Origin: an uncultured virus (IMG/VR IMGVR_UViG_3300004093_000014)
Lineage: Duplodnaviria > Heunggongvirae > Uroviricota > Caudoviricetes
Reading direction: 5' to 3' (one strand)
Virus record (IMG/VR): IMGVR_UViG_3300004093_000014
DNA length: 64,000 nucleotides
The notes under the pieces are model-generated. The model did no database searches. It saw only the letters and a list, made by a program, of their open reading frames with translations, and was not told the origin of the DNA. Positions 1 to 10,355 of this stretch are shown here, piece by piece. Both the position numbers and the translations under genes were made by a program. The first letter of the stretch is position 1; the number at the start of each line of letters is the position of its first letter.

Positions 1-378
1 GCCGCCGAACAGGGACCACGCGGTCTGCGAGAGCTTGTCGGTGTCGCAGTAGCGCGAGCCGAGCAGGTACGGCATGACGTCGTCGGGCAGATCCTGCACC
101 GCCATCTGGCGGGCGCCCGGGGCCTGATCGTCCGGCAGGCCGCTGTCGGCGATCGTGAAATCGGCCGCCACGGTGATCCGGCCGCCCGGCGCGACGATGC
201 GCGTGCAGACGTTGCCGAAGGCGTCGATGTGCTGCGCCGCCGCGACCGGCGGATCGAAGGTGATCACCTCCGGCGTCAGGAGGTCACCCCGGCGCTCCGG
301 GCGCACGTTCAGGAGCAGGTTCATCGGCGTGGGGCCGAACGTGTCGAAGGTGATCGAGAAGCCGGTGCGGATGTGCAT
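1..378 (-). CDS. Transglutaminase-like family protein (5' part; runs off left edge)
   Basis: Manual translation from ATG 378: MHIRTGFSITFDTFGPTPMNLLLNVRPERRGDL...YLLGSRYCDTDKLSQTAWSLFG, typical of bacterial transglutaminase-like proteins. Confidence 0.8.
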   Translation of the reverse strand, partial: MHIRTGFSITFDTFGPTPMNLLLNVRPERRGDLLTPEVITFDPPVAAAQHIDAFGNVCTRIVAPGGRITVAADFTIADSGLPDDQAPGARQMAVQDLPDDVMPYLLGSRYCDTDKLSQTAWSLFGG

Positions 379-450
379 CGTCGGAGACCGTGAAAATGGT
401 CGCTGTCCGGCCGGGCCGGCAGACGGGTCGTTACAGTACAGGGCCCTACA

Positions 451-474
451 AACCGCGAGCCGAGGTCAGGTTCC
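451..474 (-). promoter_or_regulatory. Possible EcfG (general stress sigma) promoter
   Basis: GGAAC-N15-GGTT on minus strand upstream of the transglutaminase gene; spacer one base shorter than GGAAC-N16/17-CGTT consensus. Confidence 0.35.
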
Positions 475-715
475 GTCAGCGAGGTCAGTTCAAGACAGTT
501 TGATCTGCCTGAATATTTGGCAAGGGCCGAGCGGCGGTCGCCTCGGGGCCTCGGGGGCAGCCATGCGGCAGGCCGAGGGCGGGGCTGCGGTCAAGCGGGG
601 CCGTCCGTCACTGCGCCATGTTGCAACGCACACGGCGCCCTCTTATCCCAGGCCGCTCGATTCCAGGGTCGGCCGGCTTCGCCGGGCACGGCCTGCTGCC
701 AGACGATCGACGCCC

Positions 716-1966
716 ATGACGCCCGACAAGCTTTCCCTGCCGAAGGACAAGATCCGAGTCCTGCTGCTCGAGGGCATCAACGACAGCGCCGTCGCGCTGA
801 TGCGGGCGGCCGGCTACACCAACCTGACGCGGCTGCCGAAGGCGTTGGACCGGGAGGCCCTGCACGAGGCGCTCCAGGGCGTTCACATGGTGGGCATCCG
901 CTCGCGCACGCAGCTCGACGCGGCCGCCTTCGAGGCGGCGGACCGGCTCCTGGCCGTGGGCTGCTTCTCGGTCGGCACCAACCAGGTCGATCTGGAAGCG
1001 GCGCGTCACCGGGGCATCCCGGTCTTCAACGCCCCCTTCTCGAACACCCGGTCGGTGGCGGAGCTGACGATCGGCGAGATCGTGATGCTGCTGCGCCGGA
1101 TCGTTCCGCGCTCGGTGGGGGCCCACGCGGGCCGCTGGGACAAGTCGGCGGCGGGCTCGCTGGAGGTGCGGGGCAAGACGCTGGGCATCGTCGGCTACGG
1201 CAATATCGGCACGCAGCTCTCGACCCTGGCCGAGGCCATGGGCATGCGGGTGCTGTTCTACGACCACACCGACAAGCTGCGCCACGGCAACACCGAGCCG
1301 GTCGAGACGCTGCACGATCTGCTGGCCCAGAGCGACGTCGTCTCGCTGCACGTGCCGGAGACTGACGCCACCGCCAACATGATCGGCGCGGCCGAGATCC
1401 GGGCGATGAAGGCCGGCGCCTTCCTGATCAACAACGCCCGGGGCACCGTGGTCGATCTCGAGGCGCTGGCCGCGGCCCTGCGCGACGGCCATCTCAAGGG
1501 CGCGGCCGTCGACGTCTTCCCGGTGGAGCCCGGCTCGAACGCCGAATCCTTCGTGAGCCCGCTCCAGGGGCTCGAGAACGTGATCCTCACCCCGCATATC
1601 GGCGGGTCCACCGAGGAGGCGCAGGAGCGGATCGGCTCCGAGGTGGCGCGTAAGCTCGTGGACTACTCCGATATCGGCTCGACCGTCGGCGCCGTGAACT
1701 TCCCGCAGGTGCAGCTCCCGGCCCGCCCGACCGGGACGCGGTTCATCCACGTCCAGCGCAACCTGCCCGGCATGCTCGGGCGGCTCAACGACGTGTTCTC
1801 CCGCGGCCACGTCAACATCGCCGCGCAGTTCTACCAGACCGACGGCGAGGTCGGTTACGTGGTGCTCGAGACCGACGCCACCGACGCGGATGCCGAGGCG
1901 CTGCTCACCGAGATCCGCGCCATCCCGGGCACGATCCGCGCCCGCCTCCTGTACGAGCGCCGCTGA
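716..1966 (+). CDS. serA: D-3-phosphoglycerate dehydrogenase
   Basis: MTPDKLSLPKDKIRVLLLEG, GIRSRT, GIVGYGNIG Rossmann motif, TPHIGGSTEEAQ, C-terminal ACT domain; start set to ATG 716. Confidence 0.96.
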   Translation: MTPDKLSLPKDKIRVLLLEGINDSAVALMRAAGYTNLTRLPKALDREALHEALQGVHMVGIRSRTQLDAAAFEAADRLLAVGCFSVGTNQVDLEAARHRGIPVFNAPFSNTRSVAELTIGEIVMLLRRIVPRSVGAHAGRWDKSAAGSLEVRGKTLGIVGYGNIGTQLSTLAEAMGMRVLFYDHTDKLRHGNTEPVETLHDLLAQSDVVSLHVPETDATANMIGAAEIRAMKAGAFLINNARGTVVDLEALAAALRDGHLKGAAVDVFPVEPGSNAESFVSPLQGLENVILTPHIGGSTEEAQERIGSEVARKLVDYSDIGSTVGAVNFPQVQLPARPTGTRFIHVQRNLPGMLGRLNDVFSRGHVNIAAQFYQTDGEVGYVVLETDATDADAEALLTEIRAIPGTIRARLLYERR

Positions 1967-2119
1967 CCGCGAGGCGCGCGCGGGAATTTCCGCGCCGCGC
2001 GTGAACGCGGCGGGTCTTGCCGCGTTCGTCTTGCGCGGCCAAGCTGGCCGCTGTTCAAGTCATGCACGGCACATCGACGGCCTCGACCGATCGAGCGCCC
2101 GGCCGGCGGAGGAATTGCG

Positions 2120-2599
2120 GTGACGAAGCGTGTAGCGTGCGCATGGGCCGGCCTCTTGCTCGGCATCGCCGGGTCGGTCTCGGCCGTCTCCGGCGCGTCG
2201 GCGGATTGCCTGCGCCGGGTCTACAACCGGTCGAACCTCGTCCTCGTCGCCCGTCAGGACGGCGGGCCGCCCGCTACCCTGCTGCCCGGCCAGTCGCTCC
2301 CGGTGCGGCTCGCGCGGCCGGGCCAGATCGATATCGCGGCCTATTGCGGTGTGCCGGCCGCGGGCGGGACCCCGGTCACCCAGCGGACCTTCGATTACGA
2401 GGCGGTGCTCGACCGCTGCTTCGTCCGGTTCGGGGGCGACCTGTTCGTGCCGCAGCTCGGGCGCGGCTTCATCGGCCTCCAGGAGACGGCGCCCTTCACG
2501 GTGAACAACCCGCGCCAGGGCGACATCATCCTCGGGCCCGCGGCCGGAGCGTCGTGCCCGCTGCCGGCCGCGGCTCCCGTGCTGAGCCGCCGGGGTTGA
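2120..2599 (+). CDS. Hypothetical secreted protein
   Basis: Hydrophobic N-terminus ending ASA-D; several Cys. Confidence 0.6.
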   Translation: MTKRVACAWAGLLLGIAGSVSAVSGASADCLRRVYNRSNLVLVARQDGGPPATLLPGQSLPVRLARPGQIDIAAYCGVPAAGGTPVTQRTFDYEAVLDRCFVRFGGDLFVPQLGRGFIGLQETAPFTVNNPRQGDIILGPAAGASCPLPAAAPVLSRRG

Positions 2600-2602
2600 G
2601 TC

Positions 2603-2755
2603 TCAGAGATAGTGCCGGAAGACGACGCCGCCGTCGTCGGAGGCGCCCGGTTGCGGGGGCGAGACCGGCCCGATGAACGGGCTCGCGAGGCGCAGGGCGA
2701 CGAGGCCGAGGGCCGCGAGCGCCGGGGCGATCAGGCGGAACGGGCGAGCGAGCAT
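2603..2755 (-). CDS. Small hypothetical membrane protein
   Basis: MLARPFRLIAPALAALGLVALRLASPFIG...; GGAGG upstream. Confidence 0.4.
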   Translation of the reverse strand: MLARPFRLIAPALAALGLVALRLASPFIGPVSPPQPGASDDGGVVFRHYL

Positions 2756-3051
2756 GGACGCCTCCGTCGCGCCGCCGATCCCGCCTGCGTCGTGCAGAGA
2801 GACAGGGTGCGCATGTGAAGCATCGCACCTTACGGCCGAGCTGAACGTGCCGAAGCGCACACGGGTAACGTTAAGGGCCCTCCCGGCCGGCCGGTTCGCG
2901 GGCCCGGCCGGGGACGACGTGACGGTCGGGCGCTTGCGTCCACCGCCTCGCTGGCAAGTCCGCCGATGCCCTCCTATGCTGCCCTTGTCGGGGGCTGCCT
3001 GGGGTCGCGCTGCACGGGCCGCGATGGCGCTTCCCGGGTAGGACCGACTGC

Positions 3052-3285
3052 GTGAACGAGGACGCGCGTATGCTGACCCAGACAGGCAACTCGATTCTCC
3101 GAGGCGATCTCGGCGTCGAGGAGACCACCGAGTCCGACAACATCGTCCGCTGGGACGGCGAGCGGCTCTACGTGGAGCAGGACGTCTACCACAACGGGCA
3201 ACTGGTTCACCGCAAGTACCGTCGGACCGTCACCGAGCCTGTCGCCCGCGCGCTCTGGGCGATCATCAACCGCGCCAAGCAGTGA
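3052..3285 (+). CDS. Small hypothetical protein
   Basis: Good codon usage; start could be GTG 3052 or ATG 3070. Confidence 0.65.
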   Translation: MNEDARMLTQTGNSILRGDLGVEETTESDNIVRWDGERLYVEQDVYHNGQLVHRKYRRTVTEPVARALWAIINRAKQ

Positions 3286-3574
3286 GGCGCCGGGCGGGCG
3301 CGTCGCGCACGCGCCTGCCCGATCCGACGTTCCGCCCTCCCCGGCCGCGCCGGCGAGGAGCGTCGTGGACCTGTCCGGCCGGGTGACGCGACTCGGAGAC
3401 GTGAGCTGCGCGGCGGCGGGCGCCGCCTGTATCGGGCGCGTGGTAGCGCGTTCAGTCCCGGAAACCGGACCTCGCGTCCCGAATGCCGTCCGTCCTCGAC
3501 GAAGCCGGAGCGGCGCGGTCTTGCTGAGCTTGACCGGGATCGGTGAGCCCGCGTCGCGCCCGAAATCTGCGTCC

Positions 3575-4126
3575 ATGCGCGTTCAGACTGCCCTCCGGTC
3601 CATGCTGGCAAAACTACTCCTCAATCGGTGGTCGATCGTCGTGTTCAACGCGCTGATCGCGCTGCCGCTGACGCTGGCGCTCGTCGAGGTCGCGTCGCTG
3701 CTCTGGGGCACGGGCTTCCGGACCCACGCGACGATCCACGAGGCCGGCCACCTGATCGAGGGGATGGGGGTCATCCTGATCGGCTGGGGCGTGGTGCTGG
3801 AGGAGCGCCACGGCGTGAGCCATCTCCTCGGCGGCCTGCCGAGCGAGGATCCGGAGCACGAGGCGGCGATCGACGCCCTCTGCCACCACGGCGGCCTCGC
3901 CCTGCTGGTCCTGGGGCTGGTCGCCGAGATCCTCGTGCAATGCGTCGAGGTGCCGGACCACATCATCAACACCGACCGGATCGAGCGGGTGGTCCTGACC
4001 GGCGGGGCCGTCTTCCTCGCCTTCGGCCTCGCGACGCTGGTGCGGCTCTCGGCCGGTCTCGCGACGTTCCGCGGGCCCGCGCCCGCGAGCGCCGGCGCGT
4101 CCCTGCCCGAGGCGCACCCGCGCTGA
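3575..4126 (+). CDS. Hypothetical membrane protein (~4 TM)
   Basis: Several hydrophobic segments; start uncertain. Confidence 0.6.
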   Translation: MRVQTALRSMLAKLLLNRWSIVVFNALIALPLTLALVEVASLLWGTGFRTHATIHEAGHLIEGMGVILIGWGVVLEERHGVSHLLGGLPSEDPEHEAAIDALCHHGGLALLVLGLVAEILVQCVEVPDHIINTDRIERVVLTGGAVFLAFGLATLVRLSAGLATFRGPAPASAGASLPEAHPR

Positions 4127-4174
4127 GGCCCGGTCCGCGCCGCGCGTTCCCGGCAGAGGCCGACCCGTGCGCGC

Positions 4175-4507
4175 CTAGGCGGCGACGGCCGCGGTCGGCG
4201 CGACGAGGGTGAGGTGGGCCGGCCGAAGCACCTCGAGACGGTCATGGGCGTTGTCGAACGCGGCCCGGATCGTCGTGCCCGCGTCCTCGACGGCGACCAG
4301 CACCGCCAGCTTCTGGGCGGTGGCCCGATCGGCGAGGCCGCGCGCGGCCGAGACGAGCGACTGCTCCAGATTCAGGAATTCCGTCTCCGCATCCTTGCCC
4401 GCCTCCCGCGCGACGGACGCGAGGCGGTCCAGCACGGCTTCCAGGGCGTGGCGCAGGACAAGTGTCCGCACGCGCTCCTGCAGGAGCGCCCTCTCGTCGA
4501 TCTTCAT
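4175..4507 (-). CDS. Hypothetical protein
   Basis: 110-aa helical ORF with typical codon usage. Confidence 0.6.
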   Translation of the reverse strand: MKIDERALLQERVRTLVLRHALEAVLDRLASVAREAGKDAETEFLNLEQSLVSAARGLADRATAQKLAVLVAVEDAGTTIRAAFDNAHDRLEVLRPAHLTLVAPTAAVAA

Positions 4508-4855
4508 CGGAATCGGTCCGGGTTCGGGAACACGGCCAAGCTCTCATACTTCGCGGCCGTGTGCAGCCACCTTTTTGCAACAGCGCAATACTGTCTCGCG
4601 ACCGGGGCGCTCTGCCCGTTCACCGTCTCGCCGCCGCGATCCGGCTCAGTTGTTCTACAATCACGTGCCGAGTATTTGGGCGTTTCGAGAATCGAATGCG
4701 CTATCTCGACAGATTCAGGGCACAGAAAACCCCCGCGTGGAGGCCAGCATCGCCGCCCGAATACCTCCGATTCGCCGGGGACGATGCTGGCGGCCGCACG
4801 GCCTCGCGGTCACCGCCCGGCACGAGTCGGCGCCAGCCGGGAGGCGCTCCGCGGG

Positions 4856-5434
4856 TCAGTACGGCGTGCCGCGCCGGCGCCGGTCCCGCAGGGCCTCGGC
4901 GTGCCATTCCAGCTCGTCGAGGAAGCGGCCGGCCGCCGCCGCGAGCCAGGGCTCGGCGGGGACGCCCTGCGCGTCGACGACCTTCTGGAGCCGGGGAATC
5001 GGCAGGAGCGAGGGGATACTCGACATGCCCATCTCGGCGAGCATGGCCCGCAGCGGCATCGCGGCCCGGACGCCGCCGAACTGGCCGGCCGAGTAGCAGC
5101 AGATGGCCGAGGGCCGCCAGAAATACTCCTCGAGGAAGTGATCGAGGGTGTTGGACAGCGCCGGCGGCACACCGTGGTTGTACTCGGCCGTGACGACCAG
5201 GAAGGCGTCGGCGCGGCGGAAGAGGTCGGCGCAGCGCTGCAGGGGTTCCGGGGCCGTCCCGGCCGGGTATTCCTTGAACATCCGGTCGAGGAGCGGGAGC
5301 GCCAGTTCGGCCGGATCGACCAGCGGGGCGGCGTGGCCGCGCGCCGCGAGCTGCGCGATCAGGAAGCGCGCGGCGCGGATGCCGATGCGGTCGGCCCGGA
5401 CGCTGCCGAGGATCACGGGGATGGTCAGGGCCAT
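4856..5434 (-). CDS. NADPH-dependent FMN reductase family protein
   Basis: ILGSVR, VTAEYNHGVPPALSN, YSAGQFGGVRA motifs. Confidence 0.9.
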   Translation of the reverse strand: MALTIPVILGSVRADRIGIRAARFLIAQLAARGHAAPLVDPAELALPLLDRMFKEYPAGTAPEPLQRCADLFRRADAFLVVTAEYNHGVPPALSNTLDHFLEEYFWRPSAICCYSAGQFGGVRAAMPLRAMLAEMGMSSIPSLLPIPRLQKVVDAQGVPAEPWLAAAAGRFLDELEWHAEALRDRRRRGTPY

Positions 5435-5506
5435 GGCGCTCTCCGGTTGTCCCGATCATGCCAGAGCCGGCCGCGCCGCTCCAGACGCGGGTCGAACCCG
5501 GGGGCG

Positions 5507-6169
5507 TCAGGCCTTGGTGCTGCTGGTGAGCGCGGCCGCGATGCCGAGCGGTCCGCCGGCCGCGTAGGCGGTGACCGCCTTCGTCAGCTGCTGCAGGAAG
5601 GATTGCAGGTCGCTGCCGCTGTCCGTCGCCGTGGCCGTCGCGGGATCGGCGGACGCGGTCGTGGACGTGCTCGCGGAGGTGCTCGCGGAGGTGCTCGCGA
5701 AGGTGCTTGCGGACGAGGCCGCGGACGCGTCCGCGGCGCCGCCGCTCTGGGCGGCCGCCCCGCCCTGCTCGGCATCCGACACCGAGCGATGGCCGTGGTG
5801 GCCGCGATGGTGCTGGACGGGGCGCGCGCCGGCCGCGGCCTGGCCGGCCTCGGTGCCGGTGGTCGACGCGTCGTCGGCGTTGGCCGCGGCTTCCGCGGGC
5901 GCGGTGACGCCGTTCTGCAGCCCCATCTGGCTGAAGTCGGATTGCAGCTGGAGGAGCGACGCCATCAGGTCGTTCGACAGGGTCGGCGTCGATGCCGTCC
6001 CGGTCGACGGGGCGGCGCTGTCCGCGGTCGCCGCCTGCGCGCCGGTCCCCTGGCCCGCCGTCGCGGCGGTCCCGGCGTCGAGGCGGGCCGCGTTCGCCGC
6101 GCGCGCCTGCCTCAGGGCGCCGACGAGATCCCGCTGGAGTGAACTGCCCGAAACCGTATTCACCGACAT
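5507..6169 (-). CDS. Ala/Ser/Thr-rich low-complexity hypothetical protein
   Basis: ORF with HHRGHHGH and ASTS repeats. Confidence 0.6.
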   Translation of the reverse strand: MSVNTVSGSSLQRDLVGALRQARAANAARLDAGTAATAGQGTGAQAATADSAAPSTGTASTPTLSNDLMASLLQLQSDFSQMGLQNGVTAPAEAAANADDASTTGTEAGQAAAGARPVQHHRGHHGHRSVSDAEQGGAAAQSGGAADASAASSASTFASTSASTSASTSTTASADPATATATDSGSDLQSFLQQLTKAVTAYAAGGPLGIAAALTSSTKA

Positions 6170-6780
6170 GGTACGTCTCCGCGACCGCCCTCGCTGCGGG
6201 CAGGCACGGGCCGTTCCAGGATTTCCCCAATGTTTTCAGCGGCGCGTCCGGGCCCCTGGCCGGCAGGATCGGCCGGGCGGCAGAATCTGCCGCTCCTAGC
6301 CGGCCGACACGGACCGCATCAGCACGAGCCCGGTCGCGTGCCCGTTGCCGAAGGCCGCGAGGAGCGCGACCACGGCCAGCAACGCGCTCAGGAGGAACAG
6401 GGCTCCCAGCCCCTCCGCCACGGCCTCGGTGCGGGTCCCGGCCTTCTGGATGACGATCCAGCCGAGGGTGAACAGGGACGCCATCGCGAGCGGAAAGCCG
6501 AGACCGGACGGCATCACCGATCGCGTCCCGACAGGGGCCGGGCGCCCACCGCGTCGCAGGCGTGAGGGGTCCGCATCGACGGGGCGGGGACGAGGTCGCC
6601 CTCGTAGCGCGTCCGCACCGTGTAGGCCGCGTGCCAGACCGGCCCGGTACGCATGATCCTCCGAGCCGCGGGCTCCCGCCCCGGCCGCCGCGACAGCGCG
6701 GCGATCAGGGCGGGGACGGCGTAGTCGGTGACGGCGTGCACGTGGATCGGGATCATGTCCGGCACGGCCTCGGCAGCGGG

Positions 6781-7095
6781 TCAGGCGGATCTCGGCCCGG
6801 TGCTCGCGTCGCCGAGATGGCGCAGGTTCTCGGGCGGCGTCTCGGCCTCCGTCGCCTCCACGGAGTCGACGCTGCCGCCGCTCACCGCGTCGACGCGGTG
6901 CTGACCCGACGCGGTGCGGACGACCTCGGCCTGCCAGCCCGGATCGGACTGGCGCTCGTGCATGAGTTCCGCCGGGCGCGCCAGATCCCGGGCCTCGTCC
7001 TGACCCAGATCCTGGCCGTTCCGGTCGGCCGTCGCGCTGAAGCTGCGCAGGCTCGCGCGGTCGGACGGGTTCGCATCGGTCGGGTTGCGGGCCAT
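6781..7095 (-). CDS. Hypothetical protein, probably co-transcribed with the SDR
   Basis: AGGAG RBS; directly downstream of SDR. Confidence 0.55.
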   Translation of the reverse strand: MARNPTDANPSDRASLRSFSATADRNGQDLGQDEARDLARPAELMHERQSDPGWQAEVVRTASGQHRVDAVSGGSVDSVEATEAETPPENLRHLGDASTGPRSA

Positions 7096-7125
7096 GGCGG
7101 TTCTCCTGAGCTGTGACGGGATGGG

Positions 7126-7986
7126 TCAGAGGATCGGCTTGCCGCCGGTCACCGCCACGGTGGCGCCGGAGACGTAGCTCGACTCCGGTCCGGCCAGCAT
7201 GACGTAGACGGGGGCGAGCTCGCAGGGCTGGCCGGGGCGCTTCATCGGCACCTGCGACCCGAAGGAGCGGACCTTCTCCTCCGGCATGGTGGAGGGGATG
7301 AGCGGCGTCCAGACCGGCCCCGGGGCCACGCAGTTCACCCGGATGTCGCGCTCCGCCAGCATCTGGGCGAGGCCGCCGGTGAAGTTCTGGATCGCGCCCT
7401 TGGTGGTGGCGTAGGCGAGCAGTTGCGGGCTGGGCGCGTCGGCGTTCACCGAGGTGGTGTTGATGATCGAGCTGCCGCTCCTCATGTGCGGGAGAGCGGC
7501 CTTCACCAGGTAGAACATGGCGTGGATGTTGGTCGCGAAGGTGACCTCCCACTCCTCGTCGGAGATCTCCTCCGGGTTCGCGAAGGTCTTCTGGTGCGCG
7601 GCGTTGTTGACGAGCACGTCGACCTGCCCGAACGCGGCCACCGCCTTGTCGACGATGGCGCGGCAATGCTTCGGGTCCTTGATGTCCCCCGGCACCGCCA
7701 CGGCCGTGCGGCCCGCCGATTCCACGAGGCGGCAGGTCTCCCGGGCGTCGTCGTGCTCGTCGTAGTAGCTGACCAGCACGTCCGCCCCCTCGCGGGCGAA
7801 GGCGAGCGCCACCGCCCGGCCGATGCCGCTGTCCGCGCCGGTGATGATCGCCTTGCGGCCGGACAGCCGCCCCGAGCCGCGATAGTGCGACTCGCCGTAA
7901 TCCGGTCGCGGATCCATGTCGGCGTCGCGGGCCGGCGGGGTGAGCTGGCGCTGCCGGTCGAAGGGCGGCTTCGGGAAGTCGGTCAT
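7126..7986 (-). CDS. SDR-family oxidoreductase (YghA/general-stress type)
   Basis: PDYGESHYRGSGRL, TGADSGIG, NNAA, YATTK; AAGGAG before ATG 7986. Confidence 0.92.
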   Translation of the reverse strand: MTDFPKPPFDRQRQLTPPARDADMDPRPDYGESHYRGSGRLSGRKAIITGADSGIGRAVALAFAREGADVLVSYYDEHDDARETCRLVESAGRTAVAVPGDIKDPKHCRAIVDKAVAAFGQVDVLVNNAAHQKTFANPEEISDEEWEVTFATNIHAMFYLVKAALPHMRSGSSIINTTSVNADAPSPQLLAYATTKGAIQNFTGGLAQMLAERDIRVNCVAPGPVWTPLIPSTMPEEKVRSFGSQVPMKRPGQPCELAPVYVMLAGPESSYVSGATVAVTGGKPIL

Positions 7987-8171
7987 GTGGCGCTCCTTGG
8001 GCGGCGGCTGAGGTGGTCGCGCTGCGGGGATCCCCAGGCGGGGCGTCGAACGGGAGCTGCGCCTCGGCGCCCGGATCGACCGCGGACATGTCTGCGCCCG
8101 GCCGCCGGATGCCGCGGAGGTCGAGCGTGGCCGGGACCGGGGTCTCGGCAGGAATCGTCCCCCGTGTCGAC

Positions 8172-8196
8172 AACCCGACCCGGCCGGCATTGTTTC
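8172..8196 (-). promoter_or_regulatory. EcfG-type promoter for SDR operon
   Basis: GAAAC-N16-GGTT on minus strand. Confidence 0.45.
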
Positions 8197-8371
8197 GCGG
8201 GATTCGCGAGCCGCCGCGCAGTGTCGAGGTCGTTGCGCGCACGGGCACAGTAATGGCGCCGATCATGGCGCTCGCTCGCCTCCGTGATCGGGGCGGATGA
8301 ATGTATAGTTTCGCTCGAACGGTGCCGCGTTCGCGGATCAGCTACCAAGCGTGACCGGGAAAGCCTGGTCC

Positions 8372-8396
8372 GGAACGATGCGGACCTTGTCGGGTT
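8372..8396 (+). promoter_or_regulatory. EcfG-type promoter
   Basis: GGAAC-N16-GGTT about 30 nt upstream of ATG 8427. Confidence 0.55.
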
Positions 8397-8426
8397 GGCT
8401 CCGTATTCGGCCAACACGGGGTTACC

Positions 8427-8609
8427 ATGACGACCAAGCCACCGCCTGTTCCGCCGGCCAACCGGTCCGACAAGGGGCCCGGCAGCGCCACCGAAGCGCC
8501 GCTCACGCAGGGCCGTGCCGGATCCCAGACCAAGGATCCGGACAAGGTCGGCCAAGCCGGAAATTCCAAGGTGAACACCACCAACCATGGCTACCAGCAG
8601 GACCGCTGA
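8427..8609 (+). CDS. Small hydrophilic stress-type protein
   Basis: PPVPPANRSDKGPG...GQAGNSKVNTTNHGYQQDR. Confidence 0.65.
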   Translation: MTTKPPPVPPANRSDKGPGSATEAPLTQGRAGSQTKDPDKVGQAGNSKVNTTNHGYQQDR

Positions 8610-8680
8610 CGGTCCGAGCCGCGCGGGCGCCGCGAGCCGCCGTGCCCGACGAGAGTGTTGATCTGCACCGGAGGATGATC

Positions 8681-8998
8681 ATGGCGAATGCCAGTCGGCA
8701 CAAGGTCGGCCCAGGCGCCCAGGGCAAGGGAAGCGGAACCGGGGCCATGTCGGAGCTGCCCGAAGGCGTGCTGCCGGAGAACATGGTGCTCAGCAACCGC
8801 GACAAGTCCCGGCACAGCGACGAGCGAGGCCTGGACAGCAAGAACGTCCAGACCGAGCAGTACCAGGATCACGCCGGCAATCGGCAGGTGGTCGCCGAGC
8901 TGGACGCCGACGCCGACGGCAACACGAGCGGCCTGGCGAACCCGAAGACGGACGAGTCCGGGGCGCAGAGCAGCCTGAAGCGTCAGCAGCACTCGTAG
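8681..8998 (+). CDS. Small hydrophilic hypothetical protein
   Basis: GGAGG RBS; MANASRHKVGPGAQGKGSGTGAM... Confidence 0.65.
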   Translation: MANASRHKVGPGAQGKGSGTGAMSELPEGVLPENMVLSNRDKSRHSDERGLDSKNVQTEQYQDHAGNRQVVAELDADADGNTSGLANPKTDESGAQSSLKRQQHS

Positions 8999-9158
8999 GC
9001 GCCCAGTCCACGATCGGGGAGGCGCGGCGCGAGATCCGCGTCTCCCGAGGCCGCACCGCGCGGAACCCCCCGCGCGCCCATACCGGCGCGCCGCGTCCGA
9101 CGTTCGCGCGGGCAGCATTCGACCTGCGGCGCCGGCCACCCCATCCCGGAGAGGCGCG

Positions 9159-9353
9159 ATGTCGCGTGTGAGAGGTCTGGCCACATCGCTGCTCGGTTTG
9201 GCCGCCGGTCGCGCTCAGGCGCAGGCCGTGAATCCGACGCCGGGAACCGAGGCGGCGCAATCCAACGGGCTGCTCGGGATGCCGGCCCTACTGCTGATCG
9301 GCATCATCATCGCCTTCGCGGTTCTGTACGCGCTGCGCGCCCGCCGGCGCTGA
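9159..9353 (+). CDS. Small membrane protein
   Basis: Signal-like N-terminus, C-terminal TM, RARRR tail. Confidence 0.5.
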   Translation: MSRVRGLATSLLGLAAGRAQAQAVNPTPGTEAAQSNGLLGMPALLLIGIIIAFAVLYALRARRR

Positions 9354-9620
9354 GTGACGGAGCGCCGCCTCGCGGGATTGTGGGACCGTGCGCGCCGCCT
9401 CCAGCTCACCCGCGGACACCGCACCGGAGCCGAATGCGGTTCACGGGGCCTTGCCGTCGGCCGACCTGAGCGTGCTCGCGGTACAGCGACGCCGCGCGAC
9501 GAGGTGACGGTCGTCGAAGTGGCGGCCTCTCTGAACTGTCGCAGGACAAAAGGAAGCGGGATTGGCCGTCTCCTGCGCGACGTTCATTCGGATAGATATG
9601 ACACAGCCTGAGTAGCGACC

Positions 9621-10355
9621 ATGACCACAACAGTCACAGCGGTGGCATCGGCAATCCTTGCCGGCGCCCTTTTCGGCATGCCGACCGGAGCCAGCGCGCA
9701 GGCGGGCAGCTTCGCCAATCACGGATTCGGCAACCACAACTTCGGAGCTGCGGCCGTCGCGGGCGGCGGTGGTTTCAGCAATCACGGCTTCGGCAATCGC
9801 GGCTTCGGAGCCGGTCCCGCAGGCGGCGGTTTCGCCAACCGGGGTTTCGGCAATCACGCGCTTGGGTCGGGAGCGGCTGCCGCCGGCTTCGCCAATCACG
9901 GTTTCGGCAACCACAATTTCGGTCGGCCCTCTGTCGGCGGCGGGCTGTCCAACCCGGGCTTCGGGCACGGGCTCGGGGCCCATCGCGGCTACGGTCATCA
10001 TCGCCATGACGGCTACAACCGCGGCTTCTACGGGAGGCCCTACGGCTACGGCTACGGCCGGCGCGGGTATGGCCTCGGCGGTTTGGGCCTGGGGCTCGCT
10101 GTGGGCGGTCTGTACGGCGGCTACGGCTATCCGGGATACGGCTACGGCTATCCGGGATACGGCTACGGCTATCCGGGATACGGCTACGACGCCGGGTACT
10201 ACGGCGGCTACGCGCCCGTCACTTACGGCTACGCCGACACCGAGACCGACCGCGCCGTCGACGATGACCGCGCCTGCGCGCGCCGGTTCCGGTCCTACGA
10301 CCCGCAGAGCGGGACCTATCTCGGCCGGGACGGGCGCCGCCATCGCTGCCGGTAA
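9621..10355 (+). CDS. Secreted glycine-rich BA14K-family protein
   Basis: Signal peptide (ASA-Q); C-terminal CARRFRSYDPQSGTYLGRDGRRHRC is the BA14K signature. Confidence 0.85.
   Translation: MTTTVTAVASAILAGALFGMPTGASAQAGSFANHGFGNHNFGAAAVAGGGGFSNHGFGNRGFGAGPAGGGFANRGFGNHALGSGAAAAGFANHGFGNHNFGRPSVGGGLSNPGFGHGLGAHRGYGHHRHDGYNRGFYGRPYGYGYGRRGYGLGGLGLGLAVGGLYGGYGYPGYGYGYPGYGYGYPGYGYDAGYYGGYAPVTYGYADTETDRAVDDDRACARRFRSYDPQSGTYLGRDGRRHRCR
10119..10187 (+). repeat. 21-bp tandem repeat (GGCTACGGCTATCCGGGATAC) x3 inside the BA14K gene
   Basis: Direct reading; encodes (GYGYPGY)3. Confidence 0.9.

Noticed and set aside
155..715. 187-aa N-terminal extension of serA in the ORF track
   Set aside because: Overlaps the opposite-strand transglutaminase gene; SerA-like sequence begins at ATG 716
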